Of a DNA stretch of 64,000 bases, positions 26,959 through 36,156 are shown piece by piece. Position numbers and translations under genes: made by a program. Within the stretch, counting starts at the first letter, position 1. Every line of letters begins with the position of its first letter. The DNA comes from Thermoplasmatota archaeon (lineage in GTDB: Archaea; Thermoplasmatota; E2; JACPAO01; JAHFTW01): contig JBMYRW010000003.1 in the NCBI GenBank assembly GCA_049602735.1, forward strand, positions 11,457 to 75,456, read 5' to 3'. The notes beneath the pieces are model-generated. The model saw nothing but the letters and a program-made list of their open reading frames with translations. It ran no database searches and was not told where the DNA came from.

Positions 26959-27771
26959 CTACCTTCGTTTCTCTTCTGATCCTGGTCCTCGAAGGGCCTT
27001 GGCGACGCGCGCCAGTTCCTGCAGGCCTCGCACGGTGTGGGTCCCGAACCAGGTGAGCGCCTCCCCGTCGATCACATGGACGCGCCCGTCGCCGCCGGCA
27101 ACGCCCAACGGCACGGTGTCGACGCGGTCACGTTGCTTGTGGAACGGGAACGGCTCCGTGGGCAGGAGCGTCCAGGCCGCGCCCGACCCGGCCACCTCCT
27201 CTGGAGCCACTTCGAAGTACTTCGTGCCTTCATGGTCGGCAAAGACGTTGCGCAGGCCGACCGCCTCCAGCATGGCATGCGGGTACGCGGTGGCATCGAA
27301 GGTCATCCACGGATCGTACCAGATGGGACAGAAGACCGGCAACGCCTCCTCACCGGGCCCCGGCTGGACCTGCGCCAGGGTCGCCTCGATGGCAGCGCGG
27401 GCCGCCCGGCCGGCCGTGGGGACACCACAGCGCTCGCCGAGCCTCTGGAGGAACGTCGCCGCGTCCTCCACCGTGTCGATCTCCGAGTGGAGCACCTCGA
27501 TGCCGGCCTCCCGCAGCTGCTCCACGAGCGCCAACGGGTTCTCGTCTTTGTCGACGACCACCAGGTCCGGCTCCTGGGCCAGGATACGTTCCAGCTTGGC
27601 GTCCTTGGTGCCGCCCACCACCGGCACGGTCTCCACGCAACCCTCGGGAAGGATGCAGAACCGGGTGCGGCCCACCACGCGCTCGGCCAGGCCCAGGTCG
27701 TGCAGGCTCTGGGTGTGACTGGGCACCAGACTGACGATCCGGTGCGGCGGCGACGCTTCCGGCAGGGCCAC
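26959..27771 (-). CDS. Helical-backbone metal receptor (cobalamin-binding-like) protein, no signal peptide
   Basis: RIVSLVPSHT, GRTRFC, VGGTK, PDLV, EPFPF, IDGE; start GTG 27771 (27822 in the ORF track). Confidence 0.85.
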   Translation of the reverse strand: MALPEASPPHRIVSLVPSHTQSLHDLGLAERVVGRTRFCILPEGCVETVPVVGGTKDAKLERILAQEPDLVVVDKDENPLALVEQLREAGIEVLHSEIDTVEDAATFLQRLGERCGVPTAGRAARAAIEATLAQVQPGPGEEALPVFCPIWYDPWMTFDATAYPHAMLEAVGLRNVFADHEGTKYFEVAPEEVAGSGAAWTLLPTEPFPFHKQRDRVDTVPLGVAGGDGRVHVIDGEALTWFGTHTVRGLQELARVAKALRGPGSEEKRR

Positions 27772-27824
27772 GACGGGCGCAGACCAGCCGTGGCCTTGAA
27801 GCCACGGGCCCACCTGGGCCACCC

Positions 27825-28745
27825 GTGAGCGACCCGGTCCTCGTCCACATCGGCTACCACAAGACGGCGACCAAGTGGTTCCAGGAACGGCTGTTCCCTC
27901 ACCACCCGGACCTGGTGCCGCTGCACCGGGACGTCATCGCCAAGGCGCTCGTCTGGCCCCATCCCCTCCATTTCGACCCCGTTGCCGCCCGCGCGGAGCT
28001 GCTGCCGCACCTGGAGGCGGCGTGGCAAGAAGGCAAGGTCCCGGTGCTGTCCGCCGAGCGGCTCTCAGGCAACCCCACGTCAGGGGGTTTCGACGCCAAG
28101 GAGATCGCCGAACGCATCGCGGCCACGCTGCCCGAGGCGCGCGTATGGATGCAGATCCGGGAGCAACGGGCCGCCGTGGCCAGCTACTACAAGCAGTACG
28201 TCCAGGAAGGCGGCACGGCGCGCATCGGGCGCTTCCTAGCCGGGGACGGCGTCCTCAAGCGCCAACCCGTCTTCCGTCTGGAGCATTGGGACTACGGGCC
28301 GCTGGTCGCCCAGTACCGCGACCTGGTGGGCGATGACCGGCTCCTGGTGACCCTGTACGAGGCGTTCCGGGACGACGCCGACGCCGTGGTGGGGAAGGTC
28401 TGCGCCCATGCCGGCGTCGCCGTACCCGGCAGTCTACCCGACCCCGGCCGGCGCCGCAACGTCAGTTACAGCGACCTCTCCATCCGCATCATTCGGGCCA
28501 CCAACGGCCTGTACGCCCACCCGTACGTGGACCATCGGCCGTTGCTGCGACTGCCCGGCCGACGTGTGCCGCGGGTGCTGCTCAAGGGCCTGGACCGGGT
28601 GTGGGGCCGGCGCGCAGGAGGCAAAGCGATCCAGAACGCGATCACCGCTGCGGTCGCCGAGCATTACGTCGCGGGCAACCAACGGCTGGCCGGCCTCTTG
28701 GGCGTCGATCTTGCGGAGCGTGGCTACGCGGTCTCGTCGGATTGA
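27825..28745 (+). CDS. Sulfotransferase family protein
   Basis: HIGYHKTATKWFQ PAPS-binding loop; LSAERLSG; IREQ...SYYKQY. Confidence 0.8.
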   Translation: MSDPVLVHIGYHKTATKWFQERLFPHHPDLVPLHRDVIAKALVWPHPLHFDPVAARAELLPHLEAAWQEGKVPVLSAERLSGNPTSGGFDAKEIAERIAATLPEARVWMQIREQRAAVASYYKQYVQEGGTARIGRFLAGDGVLKRQPVFRLEHWDYGPLVAQYRDLVGDDRLLVTLYEAFRDDADAVVGKVCAHAGVAVPGSLPDPGRRRNVSYSDLSIRIIRATNGLYAHPYVDHRPLLRLPGRRVPRVLLKGLDRVWGRRAGGKAIQNAITAAVAEHYVAGNQRLAGLLGVDLAERGYAVSSD

Positions 28746-29263
28746 GGCTCCTCGGACGCCTCCATCCCGTCGCCGTACGCGACCGTCACATCGATGTCCC
28801 CAGCAGCCTGCACGACGGCGGCCCCGTTCGCGCTGGCGAACATGGTGACGGTCCACGTGCCGGGCTTGGGATCGGTGACCTCGAGGCTGAGCGCCTCGGT
28901 GCCCTCGACGGCCGCGATGAAGTCGTCGTTGTGGAAGAACACGAGGGCCAATTCACAGGCCGGGCCAGACATGCAGGACCAGTCGGACGTCGCGCTGATC
29001 GACGTGGCGTTGTCGCCGATCTTCACCTGGCCACCAAAGGGGCCTTCCGTGACGTACGGGGGGTACGCGTAGAAGAAGGGGCCCGCGACGGCGACGGTCA
29101 TGGACCACGGGAACGTCTCGTTGAGAGGGCCGACCATGGACTGGCCGGTCGCCTCGCCGATCGGCTGGTCCCCAGCATCATCGGTGGGAGCATCTTCGGA
29201 GATGCAGCCTGCCAAGGCGGCGGTGAGCAAGGTGAGCGTCAAGAAGGTGCGGGGTGCAACCAT
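28724..29263 (-). CDS. Hypothetical lipoprotein (paralog A)
   Basis: Lipobox LAGC; NATSISATSDWSCMSGPACELALVFFHN shared with the neighbouring gene. Confidence 0.75.
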   Translation of the reverse strand: MVAPRTFLTLTLLTAALAGCISEDAPTDDAGDQPIGEATGQSMVGPLNETFPWSMTVAVAGPFFYAYPPYVTEGPFGGQVKIGDNATSISATSDWSCMSGPACELALVFFHNDDFIAAVEGTEALSLEVTDPKPGTWTVTMFASANGAAVVQAAGDIDVTVAYGDGMEASEEPQSDETA

Positions 29264-29340
29264 GGAGCGCCATGTACCCGCCCGCATCAAAGCGGTTTCT
29301 GGTCCTGACGGCGAAACCGATGGCATTCTCGACAGGTCGG

Positions 29341-29841
29341 TCACGTCTCGGTCGTGCCGTAATCGACCTGGACGGTCATCTCGCCGGTCGCCATGACGAC
29401 CGCCGAACCGTTCATGCTGGGGAACATGGAGACCCTCCAACCACCGGCCGCCGGTGCGTCCAGTTCGATGCGCGCCTCGGCCGCGGCCTCGTGGATGCTG
29501 ACCACGTCGCCGTTGTGGAACAGCACCAAGGCCAGCTCACACACGGGGCTGCTCAGGCATGACCAGTCGGCCGTGGCAATGAGGCTCGTGGCGTTGGCCT
29601 TCACGCTGAAGGTCTCGGTGGAGACGTCCGTGCCGGCGGTGGGGTGCACGGCGACGGCGGGGGTGCCGACGCCGACGTCCAGGTTGAAGGGGAACGTGCC
29701 GTTGAACGGCCCCGGGGCCTCCATGGGGGCCACGGGCTCCCTGAACATCGGCTCATCGTCGGTCGTCGGCTCATCGTCGAGACAGCCCCCTAGGAGTGCC
29801 ATGAGGGCGCCGGCAAGGAGGACAGACACGGGGATCCGCAT
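29341..29841 (-). CDS. Hypothetical lipoprotein (paralog B)
   Basis: Lipobox LGGC; NATSLIATADWSCLSSPVCELALVLFHN. Confidence 0.75.
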   Translation of the reverse strand: MRIPVSVLLAGALMALLGGCLDDEPTTDDEPMFREPVAPMEAPGPFNGTFPFNLDVGVGTPAVAVHPTAGTDVSTETFSVKANATSLIATADWSCLSSPVCELALVLFHNGDVVSIHEAAAEARIELDAPAAGGWRVSMFPSMNGSAVVMATGEMTVQVDYGTTET

Positions 29842-29984
29842 GCTGTGTCCAGCAGCGGTGCCGTCATCTGGTTTCTGGTCAGGACGTCCAGGGATGCGCG
29901 CACCGCGTCTGTGCCGCCACCCCCCCAACGGTTGGACATCTCCCGCAACCGAAGCTTCATGTCCGTTCCCGGTGACCGGGGAGC

Positions 29985-31277
29985 GTGAGCGGTCCCGCTG
30001 ACGTGCCCAGCGATCCACCAGGCGCCCCGCCGGCCGATGCCTCCACCGGGGGCAAGAAGGGGAAGCGGCAGCGAAGGCCCCGGCCGCACCCGTACGCCAA
30101 GGAGGCGAGCCCGGAGGCGGAGCTGGAGATGGATGCCAAGCGCGTCACCGTCTTCTGGATCGGCCTGGCAACGCTCCTGCTCGCCGGCGGCCTCCTGCTC
30201 GCCCGGCGGCTCAGCCCCTACGTCACCGACGGCGAACCCCTGGCGACGTGGGAGCAATGGACCAACGTGCCACTCTTTGTCGGCCTGGCGCTGCTCGGCT
30301 TCGGCTTCATCCGCGAGACCTGGAGCAAACGGCTCACCATGGCCGGCTGGGTGCTCTTCGCCTTCTACTGGGCCCTCGTCGCGCAGGACCTGCTCATCAA
30401 GGAAGGGCAGGATTACGTCAACTTCATCTTCGCGTTGGTCGGCGTCTATTTCTTCGTCTACCTCGCCTACCATCAGTGGCTGAACCTGGTTCGCGGTGTA
30501 CGCAATGACGCCGTCCATTTCCTCAATGTCACGGCGTTCGTGGCCGCTGGCAGCTACTTCCTCATCGCCAAGGTGACCGTGTTCCGCGTCTGGCTCATCA
30601 AGCTCGTGGGCGGCCACACCAAGTGGGGCCTCGACCTGTTCGGGCAGGGCGACAAGCAGGGGCTGCAGTTCGTCATCGACGAAGTGGACACCCGCGGCCC
30701 TGTGACGTTCTTCTATCCCGACCGGTACTGCAACCCCCACCGCAGCGACCCCGTCGGCACGTACTGCGCCGAGCAGGATACGGGGATCATCAACACCTAC
30801 CCGCCGGAGCCTACCTCCTGGTGGCAGTCGGCGCTGCAATGGGCGCCGGAAGGCGAGAGCCTGATGATCGTCCCCGTCAGCATCATCCTGGCCTGCACGG
30901 CCATCCAGTCGATCATGCTCTTCGTCGGCCTCTTCGCCGGCACCCAAGCGACGTGGCAGAAGAAGCTCAAGTGGAGCCTCATCGTCGGGGTCATCATCTA
31001 CATCCTGAACCTGGTGCGCAACGTCGGCATCATCTGGTTCTACGGCCAGGGCCACGCCAGCTTCTGGGTGATGCACAACGCCATCGGCAAGGGCGGCAGC
31101 CTGCTCGCCATGGTCGGCATCGCCTTCGCCGTGTTCAAACGGTACCCGGAGTTCTTCAAGGCCCTCGTGGGCGTCCTCGACCTGCCAGAACGGGACGGCC
31201 CCATCGAACGGACGCTGCGACTTGGACGCCGAAGGCCGGAGGCCGTGGCTGTCCAAGGCGTGGATGCCGGCCCGTAA
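29985..31277 (+). CDS. artA: Archaeosortase (ArtA-like)
   Basis: Polytopic membrane protein; VSIILACTAIQS (catalytic Cys), LNLVRN (Arg), FWVMHN..GK; GW..F..YW helix. Confidence 0.88.
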   Translation: MSGPADVPSDPPGAPPADASTGGKKGKRQRRPRPHPYAKEASPEAELEMDAKRVTVFWIGLATLLLAGGLLLARRLSPYVTDGEPLATWEQWTNVPLFVGLALLGFGFIRETWSKRLTMAGWVLFAFYWALVAQDLLIKEGQDYVNFIFALVGVYFFVYLAYHQWLNLVRGVRNDAVHFLNVTAFVAAGSYFLIAKVTVFRVWLIKLVGGHTKWGLDLFGQGDKQGLQFVIDEVDTRGPVTFFYPDRYCNPHRSDPVGTYCAEQDTGIINTYPPEPTSWWQSALQWAPEGESLMIVPVSIILACTAIQSIMLFVGLFAGTQATWQKKLKWSLIVGVIIYILNLVRNVGIIWFYGQGHASFWVMHNAIGKGGSLLAMVGIAFAVFKRYPEFFKALVGVLDLPERDGPIERTLRLGRRRPEAVAVQGVDAGP

Positions 31278-31364
31278 GGGGCGGCGGACCAAACTGGGAC
31301 GAAGGCGGCCTGACGATGGCGAACCGCCCGGCGGGGCGCCGCCGGTATGGGCTTAATGCGTCGT

Positions 31365-32258
31365 TCAGTCTGAACTGGGGTGGTCGACTGCCCTGGCTTC
31401 GAGCCGGAAGAGTTCGCTCACCAGAACCAGCTCCGTAACATGACTTCGTGTTGGACCGTCGTCATGTTCGGGTTCGCGATGGTTTCGTGGATTGCGGTAG
31501 GCCCCAAACGCTCCGGTGAACAAGTTCGCCCGCCCTTCGCGCTCGCCGTTGTCAATGCCCGACCATTGTAGCGGAGGATTCTTCCCGAGAAACGCGTTGC
31601 TACAGAGGGCCCTACCTTGGCCTTCTAGCCCTGTGCGCTCTCGAATCGTATGCTCGAGCCTGCGAAAAGCCTTCATCAGGGCCGCATCAGGGTCGTTCCA
31701 GAATTCACGGGCGATGTCATGCAATCGAGGGTCTAGCAAAGCATAGGGCATCGCCAACGGAGCATACAACCAAAGACGGCCTGTATCGCGCAAGTCCCAA
31801 TGTTTGTCAAAAACATAGTCCGACCAAGGTCGGACCCACCCGGCAGAACCGAGCAAACGCTCCAGCTCAGACTCCAACAGCCTACACTGATTGATTTTTT
31901 TCATCAGCGCTGCCGAAATTTCAACTTCATCGATATCGCACCCATAGGCATCAAAGACTAGGAGTGCCTTCGAAAAGCCTCGTGATCCTTCCCCCGCGTA
32001 GTTTGAACCAAATCCAGATTTTACAGCAACATAACGATATCCTTCCATCTCCACGAGGAACCCGTTGTCGGCTGGCGTGCCCGGCACTGTTAGAATTATC
32101 ACGCGCTTAATTTTAGGTTGAAACATTAGCAGCGCATAGATTGCCTTCAAGCACGGTGCTGTAACTCCAGCAACTCCTATGTACTCAATCGCCGCAGGCT
32201 CCGATGCCTCGCCATCCACGTCAACCAACCGAGCTAGTGTCATTGGAAACCGTTCCAC
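31365..32258 (-). CDS. TIGR02391-family protein, low-GC insert
   Basis: AFRRLE..IR.RTGL...G..L...AF and GEREGRANLFTGAFGAYRNPRNH; markedly AT-richer than flanks; start GTG 32258 or ATG 32243. Confidence 0.8.
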   Translation of the reverse strand: MERFPMTLARLVDVDGEASEPAAIEYIGVAGVTAPCLKAIYALLMFQPKIKRVIILTVPGTPADNGFLVEMEGYRYVAVKSGFGSNYAGEGSRGFSKALLVFDAYGCDIDEVEISAALMKKINQCRLLESELERLLGSAGWVRPWSDYVFDKHWDLRDTGRLWLYAPLAMPYALLDPRLHDIAREFWNDPDAALMKAFRRLEHTIRERTGLEGQGRALCSNAFLGKNPPLQWSGIDNGEREGRANLFTGAFGAYRNPRNHREPEHDDGPTRSHVTELVLVSELFRLEARAVDHPSSD

Positions 32259-32356
32259 ATATGCTTAGTTTGACTATAAGAAAGAGCCAGGGCGCCTCTC
32301 TCGGACGCGCGAATCCCCAGCGCTCCCTTCAAGACGGGGGTCTCCGTCGGCCGCCT

Positions 32357-32995
32357 GTGCTACGCATCGCCCACGGCGGCGCCAACTGGATCGTCATCCC
32401 CATCAGCCTCGCCCTCCTCATGGTCGGCCTGGCGGGCCCGCTCGGCATGCCGTGGCTGGTGCCTCTCTCCGGCGTGCCGTTCTTCTTCACCCTGTTCTTC
32501 CTCTACTTCTTCCGCGACCCGGAACGCCCGGCCCACCCCGAAGGGCTCGCCTGCCCCGCCGACGGCAAAGTGGTCCGCGTCGATGAAGTGGACGACCCGG
32601 ACGTGGGCCGCGCCCAGCGCCTCTCCATCTTCATGCGCCCCAGCGACGTCCACGTCAACCGGTTCCCCCTGGACGGTGACGTGCGGCGCGTGACCCACCA
32701 CGCCGGTAAACACGTCCCGGCGTTCAACAAGGACAGCCACCGCAACGAACGCGTCGAGACCCTCCTAGCGACCGAGCTCGGGGAGGTGAAGGTGATCCAG
32801 ATCGCCGGCGCCGTCGCCCGCCGTATTGTCCCCTACGCGCAACCCGGCGACCACGTGGCCCGTGGCGAGAAGCTGGGACTCATCCGACTCGGCAGCCGCT
32901 GCGACCTTCTGATCCCGGTGGGGAAGGTGGCCTGGACCGTCGAGGTGGGGCAGCGCGTGTTCGCCAACCGGACCAAGGTGGCCGAGACGACATGA
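32357..32995 (+). CDS. psd: Phosphatidylserine/archaetidylserine decarboxylase proenzyme
   Basis: FFRDPER, PADGKV, IFM...DVHVNR.P, NER, QIAG, LGS self-cleavage motif. Confidence 0.93.
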   Translation: MLRIAHGGANWIVIPISLALLMVGLAGPLGMPWLVPLSGVPFFFTLFFLYFFRDPERPAHPEGLACPADGKVVRVDEVDDPDVGRAQRLSIFMRPSDVHVNRFPLDGDVRRVTHHAGKHVPAFNKDSHRNERVETLLATELGEVKVIQIAGAVARRIVPYAQPGDHVARGEKLGLIRLGSRCDLLIPVGKVAWTVEVGQRVFANRTKVAETT

Positions 32996-33771
32996 AGCCG
33001 CGGCAGGTGGTCCGGGCGGCGCTGCGCGACGAATGGGACGGCCTGGACCGCATCACGCGTGACATCCGCCCCGCCGACGTGGCCACCATGGCCAACGCGC
33101 TCCTCGGCCTCGTCGCTATCGTGCTCGCCACCCGCGGCCACCCGGAAGCCGCGGCGCACCTGGTCCTCGCCGGCATCATCCTGGACGGTGTCGACGGCGC
33201 CATCGCCCGCATGGGTGGCGGTGGCGGTCCCTTGGGGGGCTTCCTCGACTCCATCGCCGATATGGTCACCTTTGCCGTCGCCCCCGCCGTCCTCCTGACG
33301 ACGCTCGACGTCCCCCTCTCCTGGAGCCTCAGCGCGGGCGCCTTCTTCCTCGTCTGCGTCGCCCTGCGCCTCGCGCGCTTCGAGGCGCTGCGTGAGAAGG
33401 CGCCGCAACGCTACTTCAGCGGCATGAGCAGCCCCGGCGGCGCCCTCGTCGTCGTCAGCGCCACCCTATGGCAGCCGGCCATGGTCGCCTCGGTGCCGGT
33501 CTGGCTCCCGCTAGCGGCGGCCATCGCCATGGGGCCACTCCTGGTGAGCCGCATCCGTTACCCGAAGCTCCGCGGCGCCCTCGGGGCCGCTGCCGTCCTG
33601 ATGATCCTGGCGACGCTGGCTACTTGGCAGGCGGCGCCCCAGCATCACGGGACCGCGTTGTCCCTGATGCTGGCCTTCATGTTGGTGTACCTGGTGGCCG
33701 GGCCGTTCTACGTGCTGCAACGTGTGGGCCCCACGCCGGACCCCCGCGCCGCCGCGCCCGAAGACGCCTGA
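32992..33771 (+). CDS. pssA: CDP-alcohol phosphatidyltransferase (archaetidylserine synthase PssA)
   Basis: DGVDGAIAR...G.FLDSIADMVTFAVAP, LRLARF, YFSG; ATGA overlap with psd. Confidence 0.88.
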   Translation: MKPRQVVRAALRDEWDGLDRITRDIRPADVATMANALLGLVAIVLATRGHPEAAAHLVLAGIILDGVDGAIARMGGGGGPLGGFLDSIADMVTFAVAPAVLLTTLDVPLSWSLSAGAFFLVCVALRLARFEALREKAPQRYFSGMSSPGGALVVVSATLWQPAMVASVPVWLPLAAAIAMGPLLVSRIRYPKLRGALGAAAVLMILATLATWQAAPQHHGTALSLMLAFMLVYLVAGPFYVLQRVGPTPDPRAAAPEDA

Positions 33772-33777
33772 GGAACC

Positions 33778-35253
33778 ATGGCCCAACGACGCAAGAAGCG
33801 CACCAGCATCCGTACCGCCGCCGGCACCGCCCAGGAACGCTACCTGGAGCGCCAACGGGCCCTGGCCGCCGATCCCACGCGCGTCTACCCCCAGCTCACC
33901 CCCGGCGCCGACGTCCCCGCCTCCCTGGCGAAGCTCCGCACCCGCCTGGAGCGGCTGGCGGCCAAGGGCAAGCTGGGCTTCATGGACCGCAAGGACCGTG
34001 GCGTGGCCGGCGCCGTCGCCGCTGCCCTTCCGCTGGCCGAGATGGACGCCGCGCCGCGCCTGCTCGACGGCAAGGTGGCCGGCCAACGACGATTCTACCT
34101 ACAACGAGGACACGTGGAGCGGGCGTGCAGCCTCGGCGTGCAGAACCACGACGACCCACGCGCCCTCCTGTTGGCGTACGGCTCGATGGCCAAGGACGAC
34201 GGCCTCCACTTCTTCGCCGCCGACCAGCTCTGGTGCAGCGGCGCCACGCCGGACCCGCCTGACCAATGGTACGCCAAGCTCGCCAAACGGGGCGACCTCA
34301 CACTCCAACAGGAAGAAAACGGGCGATGGGGTTGCGGCCACACGGACCGCGACCGCGTCCTGCTCACCTTCCGGGGCGGCCCCGGCCTCGCCGTGTGCGG
34401 CGCCTGTGGCAAACGCGCCGGCCACATGCACAAACTCGTCGCCCAGCACTACGCGGGGCCCCGTCGGCGCCAACCGGTCCGCCTGGCGATCCTCCGTGCG
34501 GACGGCGAGAGCCTGGAGCTCGACGACAAGGACGCCGCCGCCTACCGGGCCGGCGTCGATACGGAGCAGAACGCCATCTCGAAGGTGATCGCCGCCTGGC
34601 GTAAGGAGGCCCGCGACGCCTCCGATGGCCCACGGTTCGTCCTCGGCGACCAGGACCACGGCAGCGATCAAGCCGAGTTCCTCGACGCGCTGGCCCCGGA
34701 ACCCTGGGAGCGCACCGCCCTCGCCGCTATGACGAAGGACGGCTTCGTGCGCCGCGCCACGACGGTCGCCGAAGTGCTGGCCACCCTGAAGGACGACCTG
34801 TCCACGGGGGTCGCCGCCCTCCTACCCGGGGACGACCGTTTCCTGGCCGAACACGCCGGCGCCACGCCACGTGACCTGCTCCGGCTCGCCCACGAAGAGG
34901 CCCAGCACCGAGAAGCGGTCGCCAAGTTGCCCACCCCCCAAGGCATCGGAACCGCAGGACGCTGGGTCGACGAACTCGCCCGCGACGCGTGCGGACGACC
35001 CGCCGCCGAAGCGCTGCAACAACTACGCCGTACCCATGTCGACCCAGCTCTGCGCGGTCACCAGGCCGCGTTCCTGGCCGCCATGGGTGCCGACCTCGCA
35101 GGACAGGCTGACCTCACGGAAGGCGAACGGGAGGCTGGACGGGCCCGCAAGGAGCTGGCCGCTGCCGTGCTGGCCGCCGAAGGGAAAGCGTACGTCGCCG
35201 CCCTCGACCGCTACCTGCAGGAAAGCGGCAGCGGCGAACGGGCCACGAGCTGA
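33778..35253 (+). CDS. Hypothetical protein with Cys/His motifs
   Basis: 491-aa ORF with host codon usage, 6 nt after pssA; WGCGH and VCGACG motifs. Confidence 0.75.
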   Translation: MAQRRKKRTSIRTAAGTAQERYLERQRALAADPTRVYPQLTPGADVPASLAKLRTRLERLAAKGKLGFMDRKDRGVAGAVAAALPLAEMDAAPRLLDGKVAGQRRFYLQRGHVERACSLGVQNHDDPRALLLAYGSMAKDDGLHFFAADQLWCSGATPDPPDQWYAKLAKRGDLTLQQEENGRWGCGHTDRDRVLLTFRGGPGLAVCGACGKRAGHMHKLVAQHYAGPRRRQPVRLAILRADGESLELDDKDAAAYRAGVDTEQNAISKVIAAWRKEARDASDGPRFVLGDQDHGSDQAEFLDALAPEPWERTALAAMTKDGFVRRATTVAEVLATLKDDLSTGVAALLPGDDRFLAEHAGATPRDLLRLAHEEAQHREAVAKLPTPQGIGTAGRWVDELARDACGRPAAEALQQLRRTHVDPALRGHQAAFLAAMGADLAGQADLTEGEREAGRARKELAAAVLAAEGKAYVAALDRYLQESGSGERATS

Positions 35254-35265
35254 ACCAGACGTAGA

Positions 35266-36156
35266 CTACGAGGCGGTGGCGAGCATCTGCTGCGCCACGG
35301 CGGAGAGCCCGGTGTCGAGCTTGTCCCCAGCGTTGGCCTTCTGGGCCTCGAGGGCCGCATCCAGGGTCTGGCGGGTCTCCTTGTAGAAGACGCCCGTCAG
35401 GAAGGGGTTGCCCAGGGCCGCCGCGAACGCCGCCGACTTGTCGGTGGGGTCATGGTCGGTCTCCAGGCTCGTCTGCCCGGCGCGGGCCTTCTCGTAGATG
35501 TCGTTGAACGTCACGCAGGGACTGATGCACTGCACGAACGCGTACCCCTCGTGGTCGAGGGCCTGGCCGATGATGTCCACCAGCTCCTTGATCTTGCCCG
35601 AGTAGGTGCGCGCGACGAACGTGGCGCCGGCGAGGATCGCCAAGGCCAACGGGTTGAGCGGCTGGTCGGCGGACGCCTCCGTGTTGGTGTACGGGGTCGT
35701 CTTCGTCTTGAGACCCAGCTCCGACGTCGGGCTCGCCTGACCCTTGGTGAGACCGTAGATCTCGTTGTCCATCATCAGGTACGTGATGTCCGGGTTGCGG
35801 CGGGCCGTGTGCAGGAAATGGCCGGCGCCGATCGCCATGCCGTCACCGTCACCGCCGACGGCGATGACCTTGCGCTCCGGCTCCACGAGCTTGGTGCCCA
35901 CGGCCACCGGCAGGGCGCGGCCGTGCACGGTGTGGAACCCGTAGGCGTTCATGAAGTGCGGGAAGCGGCTGGAGCAGCCGATGCCGCTCACAAAGATGAC
36001 GTCCTCGGGGGCGATCTGTCGCTCCGCGAGCGCGCGCTGGGTGGCGGACAGGACACCGAAGTCGCCGCAGCCGGGGCACCAGACCGGGGGCAGGCTGCCC
36101 TTGTAGTCCTTGGCCTTCAACTGGGGCTTCTCCGTCATCTGCTCGTTGCCGCTCAT
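35266..36156 (-). CDS. korB: 2-oxoacid:ferredoxin oxidoreductase beta subunit
   Basis: WCPGCGD, SGIGCS, HGR, GGDGD, NEIYGLTKGQ, SPCVTFN. Confidence 0.93.
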   Translation of the reverse strand: MSGNEQMTEKPQLKAKDYKGSLPPVWCPGCGDFGVLSATQRALAERQIAPEDVIFVSGIGCSSRFPHFMNAYGFHTVHGRALPVAVGTKLVEPERKVIAVGGDGDGMAIGAGHFLHTARRNPDITYLMMDNEIYGLTKGQASPTSELGLKTKTTPYTNTEASADQPLNPLALAILAGATFVARTYSGKIKELVDIIGQALDHEGYAFVQCISPCVTFNDIYEKARAGQTSLETDHDPTDKSAAFAAALGNPFLTGVFYKETRQTLDAALEAQKANAGDKLDTGLSAVAQQMLATAS

